DNA from: Felis catus
Lineage: Eukaryota
Assembly: GCF_018350175.1 (NCBI RefSeq)
Contig: NC_058368.1
Coordinates: 1,674,001 to 1,738,000 of the forward strand
Direction: 5' to 3'
Length of the DNA stretch: 64,000 nt
Positions 35,230 to 47,749 of the stretch are shown here, one piece after another. Under the pieces are notes generated by a model. That model was not told the DNA's origin, searched no databases, and was given only the letters and a program-made list of their open reading frames with translations. The position numbers and the translations under genes are program-made. The first letter of the stretch is position 1. The number at the start of each line of letters is the position of its first letter.

Positions 35230-36340
35230 AAAAATAAATAAGTAAATATATCTTTAAAATAAATATTCCAGGGGCGCCTGGGTGGCGCAGTCGGTTAAGC
35301 GTCCGACTTCAGCCAGGTCACGATCTCGCGGTCCGTGAGTTTGAGCCCCGCGTCAGGCTCTGGGCTGATGGCTCAGAGCCTGGAGCCTGTTTCCGATTCT
35401 GTGTCTCCCTCTCTCTCTGCCCCTCCCCCATTCATGCTCTGTCTCTCTCTGTCCCAAAAATAAATAAAAAAATATTCCAACAAAGTTGGGGTGCCTGGGT
35501 GGCTCAGTCAGTTAAGTGTCTGACTCATGATCTTGGCTCAGGTCTTGATCTCACAGTTGTGAGTTTGAGCCCCATGTTGCACTTTGTGTTGGGCTGTGCA
35601 CTGGGCATAAAGCCCACTTAAGAAAAAAAAATCCAACAAAGAAAATCCCCAGACCTAGATAGTGTCACTAGTGAATTCTATTGAGATGGTTGATTTTATG
35701 TGTCAACATGACTGGCCACTGGCTGCCCAAATTATTTCTAGGTGTGTCTGTAAGAGTGTTTCCAGATGAGGCTAACATTTGCAATAGACTCAGTAAAGCA
35801 GATTGCCCAGCTCACTCTAATATTCACATGGAATCTCAAAGGGATCTCGAATAACCAGAACAATTTGAAGAAGAAGAAAGTTAGAGTTATCATACCTTCT
35901 GATTTCAAAATTTGCTACAAAGCTGCAGTAGTCAAAACAATATGGTATTGATATAAAAACGGACGTACAGATGAATGGAATCTAGAACTCAGAAATAAGC
36001 CCTTGTGTATATAGTAAATTGATTTTCAACAAAGGTGCCAAGACCATTCGATGAGGAAAGGACAGTCTTTTCAACAAAAGGTGCTCAGAAACATATCCTC
36101 TTGGAAAAGAATGAAGTTGAACCCTTACCTTACACTGTATATAACTTAATTCAGGGGCACCTGGGTGGCTCGGTTGGTTAGTGTCCACCTCTTGATTTTA
36201 GCCCAGGCCATGATATCAGGGTTGTGGGATTGAGCCCTGTGTCAGGCTCCAAGCTCAGCATGAAGATTCTCTCCCTCTGCCCCTCTCCTCTGCCTGGGTG
36301 TGCCCCCTCTCTCTAAAATTAAAACAAAACAAAACAAAAT
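35027..36340 (+). mobile_element. Can-SINEs within the old L1: 35027-35255, 35271-35469 (young), 35488-35630, 36154-36340
   Basis: Typical heads and tails. The young copy has TSD aaatattcca. Confidence 0.9.
35682..35810 (+). mobile_element. MLT2 (ERVL) LTR 5' fragment
   Basis: tgagatggttgattttatgtgtcaacatgactggcc...gtgtttccagatgag...cagtaaagcagattgccc. Confidence 0.75.
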
Positions 36341-36536
36341 TTTAAATGGATCAAAGACCTAAATATAAGGCCTAAAAGTATGAATCTCAGGAGAAAACAG
36401 AGAGGAAAATCTTTATGCCATTGGATTTGACAATGATTTCTTAGATGTGACACCAAAAGCACAGACAATAAAAGAAAAAAATAGATACACTAGACTCATT
36501 AAAATTTAAAACTTTTTTACATCAAAAAGCTCTATC

Positions 36537-37935
36537 TACTGGCACAAAAACAGACACTCAGATCAATGAAACAGAATAGAGAACCCAGAAATGGACCCAC
36601 AAATGTATGGCCAACTAATCTTTGACAAAGCAGGAAAGAATATCCAATGGAATAAAGACAGTCTCTTCAGCAAGTGGTGCTGGGAAAACTGGACAGCAAC
36701 ATGCAGAAGAATGAACCTGGACCACTTTCTTACACCATACACGAAAATAAACTCAAAATGGATGAAAGATCTAAATGTAAGATAGGAAGTCATCAAAATC
36801 TTCAAGGGGAAAGCAGGCAAAAACTTCTTTGATCTTGGCCACAGCAACTTCTTACTCGACACATCTCCAGAGGCAAGGGAAACAAAAGCAAAAATAAACT
36901 CTCGAGACTTCATCAAGATAAAAAGCTTCTGCATAGCGAAGGTAACAGTCAGCAAAACTAAAAAGCAACCGATGGAATGGGAGAAGATATTTGCAAATGA
37001 CATCAGATAAAGGGTTAGTATCCAAAATCTATAAAGAACTTACCAAACTCAACACTGAAAAAACAAATAATCCAGTGAAGAAATGGGCAAAAGACATGAA
37101 TAGATACTTCTCCAAAGAAGACATCCAGATGGCCAACTGACACATGAAAAAAATGCTCAACATCACTCAGCTTCAGGGAAATGCAAATCAAAACCACCTC
37201 ATGCAAATGCAAATGAGATACCACCTCACACCTGTCAGAATGGCTAACATTAACAACTTAGGCAATAGCAGATGTTGGTGAGGATGCGGAGAAAGAGGAT
37301 CTCTTTTGCATCGTTGGTAGGGACGCAAGCTGGTGCAGCCACTCTGGAAAACAGTATGGAGGTTCCTCAAAAAATTAAAAATAGAACTATCCTACGATGC
37401 AGCAATTGCACTGCTAGGCATTTATCCAAGGGATACAGGTGTGCTGTTTCGAAGGGACACAGGCACCCCAGTGTTTATAGCAGCACTATCAACAATAGCC
37501 AGAGTATGGAAAGAGCCCAAATGTCCATTGATGGATGAATGGATAAAGAAGATGTGGTATATATATACAATGGAGTGTTACTTGGCAATCAAAAAGAATG
37601 AAATTTTGCCATTTGCAACTACATGGATGGAACTAGAGGGTATTATGCTAAGCAAAATTAGAGAAAGAGTAATATCATATGACTTCACTCATATGAGGAC
37701 TTTCAGATACAAACCGGATGAACATAAGAGAAGGGAAGCAAAAATAATATAAAAACAGGGAGGGGGACAAAGCATAAGAGACTCTTAAATAAGGAGAACA
37801 AACTGAGGGTTACTGGAGGGGTGGTGGGAGGGGGGATGGGCTAAATGGGTAAGGGGCATTAAGGAATCTATTCCTGAAATCATTGTTGCACTATATGCTA
37901 ACTTGGATGTAAATTTTAAGAGTAAATTAAAAAAC
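36537..37935 (+). mobile_element. Young feline-type L1 3' 1.4 kb nested in the older L1
   Basis: ORFs 36591 and 37333 encode the ORF2 C-terminus. The 3' UTR and A-tail are present. TSD aaaaagctctatc (36524-36536) / aaaagactctatc (37936-37948). Confidence 0.93.
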
Positions 37936-39499
37936 AAAAGACTCTATCAACAGAATGAAAAGACAGCCCACATATTTGCAAGTCTATATCTGATAAGGGG
38001 CTATATCTAGAATATACGAATAACTTCTATGACCCAATAACAACAATAACAACAACAACAAAAACAATTTAAAAATAGGCAAGGGATTTGAATAGACATT
38101 TCTCCAAAGTAGGTATACAGATAGATGATCAATAAGCACATGAAAGTATGTTCGACATCATTAGTCATTAGGAAAATGCAAATCAAAATCACAATGAGAC
38201 ACCACAGCTTTTAGGGTAGCGGTTATACTTGAAAAGAGCAACAACAAAATAATAAGTGGTGGGGTGGTTGAGTACCTGGAGAAATTGTAACCCTGTGCGT
38301 TGTTGGTGGAAATGTAAAATGGTGTTTTATGGAAAACCATCTCGTGGTTCCTCAGAAGGCTAAACTTAGAATTACCATGTGATGCAACAATTCTACTCTT
38401 AAATATATACAAAGGAATTAAAATCTGAGACTCAAACAGATACTGGTAGATTCATTAACATATCATTTTTCACAATGGCCAAAAAGTGTCAACAACCCAA
38501 GTGCCCATCACTGATGAATGACAGGCAACAAAATGTGGTTGTATATATGCAGCGGGGTATTCCACCATGGAAAGGAACAGCATTGTGACACATGCTGCAA
38601 CATGGAAGGACCTGGAAAACATCATACCAAGTCAAAGAACCCAGACACAGAAGAGCAAGTATGGTGTGATCCCACTTGTATGAAGTGTCTAGAACGGGCA
38701 AATTCATAGAGACGGATAGTATATTAGAAAGTTACTAGAGTTTGAGGGGAGAAATGAAGTTATTACTTAATGATTGTGGGGTTTCTGTTCGGCTAATGAA
38801 AAAGATTATGAAATAGTGGTGATGATTGTACAACTTTCTGAATGTAATTAATGCCACTGAGTTGTATATTTTAATCATAATTTTTAAAAATTAATAATGT
38901 GATGGGGTGCCTGCATGGCTCAGTTGGTTGAGCATCTGACTCTTGGTTTCGGCTCAGGTCATGATCTCACGGTTGATGAGTTCAAGCCCCACATTCGGCT
39001 CTGTGCTGACAGCATGGAGCCTACTTAGGATTCTCTCTCTCCCTCTGTCTCTGCCCCTCCCCTTCTTGCTCTCTCTCAAAATAAATAAATAAACTAAAAA
39101 AATTAATGAGACATACCAAAAACCTTTGAATTTTACACTTTATATGAGTGAATTGTATGTTACATGAATTATATTTTAATAAAACTATAAAAAGAGGATA
39201 CCTACTATATGATTTCATTCATGTAAAGTTCAAAACCAGTCTAGATCAGTATTCAAAAGTCAGGATAAAGTTGCCTGTATTAGATAAAGGAGGTAATGTT
39301 GAGGGTGTAAAGGAGGCTTCTAGGGTGTTTGCAACATTCTGTCTCTTGAACTGTAGAATAATTACATGAGTGTTCATTTTATATCAGTTTATTGAGCTGT
39401 ATAGTTATGTTTTATGTGTCTTTCCATATGTGTTATGCCTCACAATAAAAGATTTAAAAATTAAAGAAAAAAGACAGTGTGAGCAAAGAAAGACAATAC

Positions 39500-39690
39500 A
39501 GCCCTACCCCTGGGGGAGCCATTTGGAAATGTAGGGGGAGGGGCATATTTTAGGGTCATGATGATAGGGAGGCACTGCGAGCATTAGGTAAGCAGCCACC
39601 AGTGACGGTAAACATTCAGTAATGCATAGAGGACCTGTACAGTGAACGGTCCCATCCTAAACGCCAACAGTACCGTCACCAAATGCTGCA
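39500..39690 (+). mobile_element. MER20-like hAT DNA transposon relic
   Basis: Degenerate similarity to MER20 (ccctggggg..catttggaaatgt..gtaaacat..aatgcata..ggac). Confidence 0.45.
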
Positions 39691-39706
39691 TTAGAACATG
39701 TTATAG

Positions 39707-39900
39707 GAAAACAGGGAGGGGGACAAAAACATAAGAGACTCTGAAAAATAGAGAACAAACAGAGTGTTACTGGAGGGGTTGTAGGAGGGGGCGTGGGCTA
39801 AATGGGTAAGGGGCATTAAGGAATCTACTCCTGAAATCATTGTGGCACTAGATGCTAACTTAGATGTAAATTAAAAAAATAAATTAAATAAAATTTTTTT
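39707..39900 (+). mobile_element. Very short feline-type L1 3' UTR fragment
   Basis: Closely matches 37752-37935 (aaaacagggagggggacaaa...cattaaggaatctactcctgaaatcattgt). Confidence 0.9.
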
Positions 39901-40397
39901 AAAAGATACAATGGAAATGTTTCTTATTTATTTATTTTTTTAAACGTTTATTTATTTTTGAGACAGAGAGAGACAGAGCATGAACGGAAGAGGGTCAGAG
40001 AGAGAGGGAGACACAGAATCTGAAACACGCTCCAGGCTCTGAGCCATCAGCCCAGAGCCTGACGTGGGGCTCGAACTCCCGGACTGCGAGATCATGACCT
40101 GAGCCAAATTCGGACGCTTAACCGACTGAGCCACCCAGGCGTCCCGGGAAATCTTTTATAAACTATAAAGATCCATGCAAATAAATACTTTTCTAAAATG
40201 AAAAAAAAACAACAACATGTTAATAGTGGGGCACCTGGGTGGTTCAATCAGTGAAGCGTCTGACTTTGGCTCAGGTCATGATCTCATGGTTTGTGAGTTT
40301 AAGCCCTTGGTCAGGCTCCGTGCTGGCAGCTCAGAGCCTGGAGCCTGCTTCCCATTCTGTGTCTTCCTCTCTCTCTGCCCCTCCCCCACTCATGTTT

Positions 40398-40446
<49 letters not shown>

Positions 40447-42372
40447 AATGAATTAAAATGTTAAAAATAATTTTTTTTAAAGAACATGTTAATAGTATGA
40501 TTTTGTTCCTGAGATTTAATCTTAAAATTCTAAAGTCTTTTCTCTGGGGCCATTCAGTGTATTCAGAGGAACATCCTCAGATCTGCGTCAGGAGTATAAG
40601 CCTGGGCTGCTGCCCAGCCGGCAGGGACTGGGCTGAGGATCTCAGTGTCCAGAAGCAGACCCTTTGCCTCATGCTGCAGTCCTCAGTCCAGCACCTCGAA
40701 CCAGCCGAGCCCCCCTGGCCGGGAGCCTTCCTGAGCGGCTCTTGAGGGTGAGGGGTTATTACCTGGCTGCACGGGGTGAGGGGGCCCCACTGCTTCTCAG
40801 TCACATTTCCAGTCTTTTCCTTTTTATAGTTTCATGCTTTACTGCTCCTTCCTCAGTGCCGGTGATCCCAATTCTTGAACACTTCTGGTGATTTGCAGGG
40901 GAGATCTGAGCACCTCTCATCAGTATGCTGTTGGCAAGCACTTGAGTTTTACCTTTCTTTGCCCTCCTGAAGTCAGTTTCCATTTTTTTTTAGTCCATCA
41001 TCCATCATTTGTATATGGTTTTATATGGTTTGAGTTTGATCTGACATAGAGTTTATCTTTCTTATTCTCCTTTGTTTGGGGAGGTTAATTTCCAGAAAAG
41101 ACATTGTGCAATAAGAGATTTTTTTAAATTTTTTAATGTTTGTTTATTTCTGAGACAGAGAGAGACAGAGCATGAGTGTGGGAGGGGCAGAGAGAGAGGG
41201 AGACACAGAATCCGAAGCAGGCTCCAGGCTCCGAGCTGTCAGCACAGACCCCGACGCGGGGCTCGAACTCACGAGCTGCGAGATCATGACCTGAGCCGAA
41301 GTCGGTCACTCAACCGACTGAGCCACCCAGGCGCCCCTGTGCAATAAAAGATTTTGAACTCTGCCATCTTTAATGCAGAAATCATGACTCTCAGATGGTG
41401 CTTACTTATTCCATGTGTGGAGATAATAATTCTTCTCTGAGACAGTTTTCAAACTGCATTCCTCATTGCTTTCTGGACGTGTGACATAAGGAATTTATTC
41501 AGGATATTATGCTGGTAAATACTATCGGGACAATAACCTTAGGCATAGGATGCCCGTGTCTCAGTTTCTTTTCCTTAAAGGTGAACAGATAGAATGAATT
41601 CCTACCCGAGGCCACTTCCAGTTCTGAAGTTCCATGATTCTATAAAGCCAAGTCATTACAGATTTAAAATACGTAAAACCTTTAGTTTGTTAATACTGTG
41701 CTAGGCAATTTATAACCAATTTGCTGGTTTGGAGGTGGTGTTATTCTAAATCACTATGTCTTAAATGTGCTGCCTGTAAATAGTAGTATTTTTCTCTGAG
41801 GATTGAGGAGAGGAGTAGGCATCCACTCAAGAAATAAACTTGGCTTACTACTTATAAACTAGGTTCTGATGGTAAGACAGATAAAAGAGACAAACCAAAA
41901 CAATTAGGCTTGTTTGCTTTTGTGCAAAACTATCCTGTCCTGTATTAATAGTGTCTGGGCTCTCTCCAGTTCCTAAAACTATCAGTACGAACGTGGCAGC
42001 TTAATTCTGAAGATTAATAAATTTATCTCATGTCCTAAAGACATGAGACTGCATTTCTCATACATGAAAGCTTCTCGACTATTATAATGCATAAAATCTT
42101 TTGCTGATCATCTACATCAAATCAGTGCCCAATTATGTATGCTAATGGAAACAAGCAATGTCACAGATCATCTGTAGTTATGATCCACTAGAATTAGTAA
42201 TCCAGAATATTACCTAATACCTTATTAACATTAAGTCATTGAGCCCTGTTCTTCCTCTTTACTGGGCTACTTTAGTGGTTGAAAATAATTACTCCATTTT
42301 CCACATGAGGATGCACACACATTCATGCACGCACTACGTAGCAGCTGCTCTGGTGGCTGTTTTTTCAATTTC

Positions 42373-42385
42373 CCAGTAGGGGGCA
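42373..42385 (+). promoter_or_regulatory. Candidate CTCF-binding motif
   Basis: CCAGTAGGGGGCA fits the CTCF core CCASYAGRKGGCR and lies in repeat-poor intronic sequence. Motif match only. Confidence 0.3.
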
Positions 42386-43437
42386 TTCATGAAATAAGGC
42401 TTTCCTGAAGAAGAGAAGAGAAGTGGTTATAATAATCACTAATGTTTATTATTTAGATACATTGTGCTACGTAATCCTCACAACTGATTTATGACATGGG
42501 TGCTGTTATCCTTCCCACTTTGTAGATGAGTAAACATGAGCACAAATTTAAGTAACTTACCAAGTTAACAGAATGAATAGTGTACCAAACTAAAAATCAT
42601 AATCCCAACCTTTCAGGAAATTATAAAGACATATACTTGAATATGTAAATGAGGAGTTAATGATGAATGATCACCCAGCATATATCAGGCATCATGCCAG
42701 GTCCTGGGAACACAAAAGACTCTGCTGCCCTCAGGAATTTATAGTTTAATAAGGTATTCGGAAACATAAATAAGACTACAGTATAGTAAATGCAGTGCCA
42801 AAGAGATTCTAGGATGTTAGAATGAGTCCACAGAACAATCTAATCTGGTCTGGCAGGGAAGTGGGTCATGAGGTTGGGATGAGCCTCCAAGTGGAGGTGA
42901 CGGTGTGTGCAAAGATCAGAAGTCTAGAAAATGCAGTGAATGCAAAGGACTCTGTCCTCCCGTTTGGATTTGCTGTAGCATGAAATGTTGGGCAGCTCCC
43001 CATGGAAGTGGAGTTGGTGAGGTAGCAAATGGCTAACAGTGGATGAACTGGATTAGGACCTTGGAGTTACCTTGCAGTTGGAGGGGAGGTGATGCATTTT
43101 AAAGAGGGAAGTAATGTAGTTAGACATGTGTTTTCTTTAGATCAAAGTAGATGGCTTTGTAGGGAGTGGATTTGAGGTTAAGTAGCTTGTCCAAGTAGTA
43201 GGGCTGTGACCCTGATCTAATAAGACTCCAGAGCTGGTAGGTGTGCCATCAAATTGAGTGGAAGTGAGGCTGTCTCTGAGGCCATCAGGTAAATAGAAGG
43301 AAGAGTCTAAAAAGAAATGAGAAGCACGTTCAATTATTCCCTAGTCTTTCATTTCTTCAAATCTTATTTTCCTAGGTATTTGTAACAGTAGTCTTTAGAA
43401 ATCCTGGTCGTTGTTATTTATTTTATAACAGAAATTT

Positions 43438-43630
43438 GGAGCACCTGGGTGGCTCAGTCGGTTAAGCGTCCGATTCAGCTCAGGTCATGATCTTACACAG
43501 TTGGTGAGTTTGAGCCCAGCTCGAGGGGCAAAGAGAGGGAGACAGAGGATCCAAAGCGGGCTCTGCTGACAGAACACAGAGCTGCCTGCCCTCCGCTGCT
43601 TGCTCTCTCTCAAAAATAAACATTTTTTAA
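43438..43630 (+). mobile_element. Can-SINE with an internal inverted segment
   Basis: Head and tail are on the + strand, while 43523-43582 is the reverse complement of the expected SINE middle. Confidence 0.88.
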
Positions 43631-44118
43631 GAAAAGAAATCCTTTTCTTTTTAAGAGGAAAAAAAGAATGAATATAGTTCTTTTTTACTCTACCTTTAGT
43701 TGAAGCCTAATTGTTCAAACACAAGGTCAACAATTGCCTCATGGGTACAAACTTCGCAAGCCTAAATTTCTAAGTCTTAGGTACTAAGCCAAAGTATAAC
43801 ATTATGGCAAAGGTAATGATGATGTTTAAAATAGATCACAGTGGTCTTTAGCCAAACAGGTTAAGTGTTCACATAAAATCTAAATAAAGGTGTGAACCAG
43901 ATTGAAGGACTCTTAAATTTTCTAATATACATATGATAGGTAATAATGAAGGAAATTGTATATATGCTACTTTCAATAATAAAGATCTAATTAGAGGTCA
44001 AAAAGTATTTGGAAAAATGTATTTGAAAGATAGTACAGATATGTAGCTTTATAAAACTGATCATCTCAGGTTATTTTTGTTTCATCTCTGATTTCATATA
44101 ATTTTGTTTCTTTTATAG

Positions 44119-44171
44119 GCCTTCACAAGTGAAATGGCAGCTGATGGTGGCTAGTTGTTTTAGAAGAAGTG
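44119..44171 (+). CDS. IFT88: IFT88 coding exon G, 53 bp: (Q)PSQVKWQLMVASCFRRS(G)
   Basis: Acceptor ttttatag and donor gtaaat. Matches IFT88 QVKWQLMVASCFRRSG. Phase 2 to phase 1. Confidence 0.96.
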
Positions 44172-45660
44172 GTAAATGCTTTAACTTCATTCATTTTTTA
44201 TATATTTTGCTTCTGTCTTTTAGGTAATTATGCATAGAACTGTGTTCCAACCATATGTTTGTTTATTAAAACAGTAACTGTTGCTGACTAACATATTGGA
44301 AGCATCACTACTACCCACAGAAAAAAGTCATGCTTACAAAATGGGTCTTGGTCGTGTATTCTGTCCCCACTATTAACAGATTCGTTATTTTTCAAAGTTA
44401 ACATGTAATCATTGGGTATGTTAAGTCACAGAAAAGTAGGCATTCTACACCCAGTAGTTTGTTTCCATTTTCTGTTCACCTAATTCTGAGCAGCCTGTGT
44501 GCCGTGCCAAATTTATGAGACTGTCTCACACCTGACAAGGCTGAAGAAGGCCCAGAACTGCGACAACTGGGGCTGTGTTTTTTTATACCAAATGCTACTA
44601 GGTATCTTCATTTGCATTTTCAGTTAACTTTTTATTACATCATGTACTGCTGACGCTTGACCTGAAGTGTTGGACTCACCGTGAAGTGAATGATATTGTT
44701 GACTCTTATCAGATATTAGGTAATGAGATGGACGTGAACAGATTTGTAATCCCTCTTATAGAGGCCACAAATGATCCAGGAAAATAAATTCCTCAATCCA
44801 GGGGGAGCACGGATCGTGACAGTGTTAACGATGTTGTCATCGTGTCTTGTAGGAGGTTTCTTTCTTTATGAGCTCCTCTAGAATGGCATCAGGATATGCA
44901 CACAGGAGTCCTAAAATCATTTAGATCATTGATCTTTGCCGTTACTCTATTTCCTGGGGAACATACAACATAACTCTGTATTATACGTTTTATGTGTATC
45001 AGCATGCGTTCTGAATTACCAATGTTCATTTCCTTGTCAGTCACATGTAAAGCGTACGTATGTAAGAGGTATTCTGAGTGATTTGAGATAGAAACTTAAC
45101 TTGTGTTAACTGAAGTACTATTTAGAAGAGAAGCTGACGTTTATTGAGAGCTGCTGGGTGCTTCCTGTCTGTTACATCGAATTCATACCACACATTTGGG
45201 AGGGTCAGCATGGCTGGCCCTCGTGCATAGTGGGGCCTGTTGAGACTCATCGCTTGTTTACTGACATTTTAACAAAGATCTTTGATCCCACATTATTTTT
45301 CCAATTCTTTGTTGCTGTGAAGCTAAATTAATGTACTATAAAACAAAATGCTTTCTATAAACTTTTGAATGTTTCAAAATAAAAACTACCGAGAAAGGTT
45401 AGTTTTCATCTTTTCCAACTAAGTGAATGACATTGAAATTAATGTTAGCTTATCACTTAGATTATTTTTAAAATTGTCAATTGTTCTTCTGAACTGATTT
45501 TTAATTTTTTGGAAATTTGAATAGATCTTAATTTTTTACAACAATGTATTTTAAGCAGTAGAACTAAGTTTCAACCATCACCCGTTTACTCTCGCTCTCT
45601 TTTTCAAATTTCCTTTATCTGTACATTTTCTTCCAGAAGTTATATTAAGAATGGTTTATA

Positions 45661-45886
45661 GGGGCGCCTGGATGGCGCAGTCGGTTAAGCGTCCGACTTC
45701 AGCCAGGTCACGGTCTCGCGGTCCGTGAGTTCGAGCCCCGCGTCGGGCTCTGGGCTGATGGCTCAGAGCCTGGAGCCTGTTTCCGATTCTGTGTCTCCCT
45801 CTCTCTCTGCCCCTCGCCCGTTCATGCTCTGTCTCTCTCTGTCCCAAAAATAAATAAACGTTGAAAAAAAAAATTAAAAAAAAAAA
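45661..45886 (+). mobile_element. Young SINEC_Fc-type SINE about 100 bp upstream of exon H
   Basis: Perfect TSD aagaatggtttata (45647-45660 / 45887-45900). Confidence 0.95.
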
Positions 45887-45988
45887 AAGAATGGTTTATA
45901 TATGCTTGTGGCAAACATGGAAGTCCTCTTAATGTTATTAATTTTTACAATCTGTGAGTATGTTTTTTTCTCTTTTTCCTATTTATAG

Positions 45989-46054
45989 GTAACTACCAAA
46001 AAGCATTGGATACTTACAAGGATATTCACAGAAAATTTCCAGAAAATGTGGAAT
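45989..46054 (+). CDS. IFT88: IFT88 coding exon H, 66 bp: (G)NYQKALDTYKDIHRKFPENVE(C)
   Basis: Pyrimidine tract plus tttatag acceptor, donor gtgagt. Matches IFT88 NYQKALDTYKD.HRKFPENVEC. Symmetric phase 1-1. Confidence 0.96.
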
Positions 46055-47461
46055 GTGAGTTTACATTTTATAACTTTAAAACTATAGGTTCTAACTCTTT
46101 ATTGCCTTATGTATAATAATTATCTTTGCTATGGTAATTGCATAGATAGCTACCAGCCTATACTTTGTGACACATGTTTATACATGTGGTTATAGGATCA
46201 GAAAATTTGACTCTGCGAGTACATTTTATAGAATTTAGTCTTTGATGGATTTAAATATACCACTGAGTTCTCTTCAGTAGTAAACAGATCTGTATGTCAA
46301 AGTTTTATGAAATTTGAAAAATAAATTTTGATTTATCATTGATTTGTTAAAGCTCATACTGTTGTATTTATAGAAAAGGCATTTTTAACTCTTCAGTTAG
46401 TATGCAACTTTTTGAGGTTGAAAAATACTTTGAGTTTATGAAAATAGAATGGTCATCTTGCTGATATGGATAGCAAATGAATTTTAATGTTACTTAAAGT
46501 TTAAAAGATTATGTTGATATTTTGCTTATTTTCCTTTTGTGAAGTTAGCTTTGTAGAAAATACTCATTTATTTCTCCATCTTGTTGCACAATGGGTTTGA
46601 TGTAACCTAAAGCAATAATGTGAAGTATTAATGGGAGTACCAACAACAAAATCCTGATCAAGAAAAACACAAAATAACCATATTCACATGCCACACACTG
46701 CCACTAAACAGTATTTGGCCCTGAATAGCCTTGCAGCTAAAAGAAAGAGAAAAATGTAACCAGTTATATAATCTTTGCTATTTACAAGGAAACAAAAAAT
46801 AATTCCTTGGGAAGAAGAAAACGTTTTCCAACTCTTCATTTATGTTGCGTAGCAGAGAGAGACAGTAGGTCGTTGAAAGCCGTGGCGGCTCCTTGCTTTT
46901 GTGACATCCCCTCAGAAAATAAAATAACATGTTTGAAAAGACTTTTTAATTTTGTCCTTCAGTGACAGTGAACACTAAACAATACATTTCAGTTCAGTAA
47001 GACAATCTGTTCTGTGTCAAGCTTTCCAGTGGCCCCGCCTGAGCCAGGGATGAGACGTACTACACGTTCCTTCGTTAATATTTTTCTCCATTTGGCTTTT
47101 GTGAAAGGTCAACAGCACAGGGCTCGGAATTAATGGCCTTTGGTGGCAGCTTCGGAGCAAGGGCTTCTCTAATGCCAATCAGAAGCAGATCTGTTAACTG
47201 ACAAATGCCATCGGGACACAGGCTACGTGGAATTACTTGTAAAACTTTAAAAAGCACAGATTTCTAGCCCAACCTACAGAGATTCTCCTTTAGGTTCTCA
47301 GTGGACCCGGATAGCTTTCATTTCCTGTTTCTTTTTTTAAAAAGCTTTTTATTGGAATCTTAATCTCAGCCACTTTAGGAAGCTTGGTGATTGAGAAATT
47401 GAGTGAGAGGTAACAGTACCATCTTGTTGTGAAAACGAAGAAGCCCAAACAGGCTGCTGGG

Positions 47462-47680
47462 CAGATGGTTCCCCTCCTTGGCACCACTGACATTTGGGAG
47501 CAGATAATTCTGTATTGTGGGAGGCCACCCCATGGTTGTAGAACGTTGTAGCAGCTTCCCTGGCCTCTACCCACCAGACGCTCGTAGCACGTCCACTGCC
47601 TCCTTACGAAAAGCAGAATGTCTCCAGACCGTGACAGGTGTCCCCTGGGGGACAGGATCGCTGCCGGTTGGGAACCACTG
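47462..47680 (-). mobile_element. MER20 hAT-Charlie DNA transposon
   Basis: ccctggcctctacccaccaga..., aatgtctccagac, tgtcccctggggg and terminal ggttgggaaccactg match the MER20 consensus in reverse. Confidence 0.85.
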
Positions 47681-47749
47681 CTGAAGTCATGGCACCTGTG
47701 CACTGGACCAGGAGAGGGACAATCTCCAAGCAAGTCCAGATTTCTTTCT

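Larger units (their letters stand above)
34445..39190 (+). mobile_element. Old L1 (L1MB-like) with large internal deletions, hosting SINEs, an MLT2 fragment and a young L1
   Basis: ORF1-end motif (gacattttcagataaacaaaagctgagggag), ORF2 fragment LPDFK-like IIPSDFKICYKAAVVKTIWY, and an L1M 3' UTR ending in aataaa at about 39180. Confidence 0.8.
38903..41338. mobile_element. Can-SINEs: 38903-39100 (+), 39925-40146 (-), 40228-40480 (+), 41118-41338 (-)
   Basis: Typical bodies. TSDs include aacatgttaatagt and tgtgcaataa(g/a)agatttt. Confidence 0.9.
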
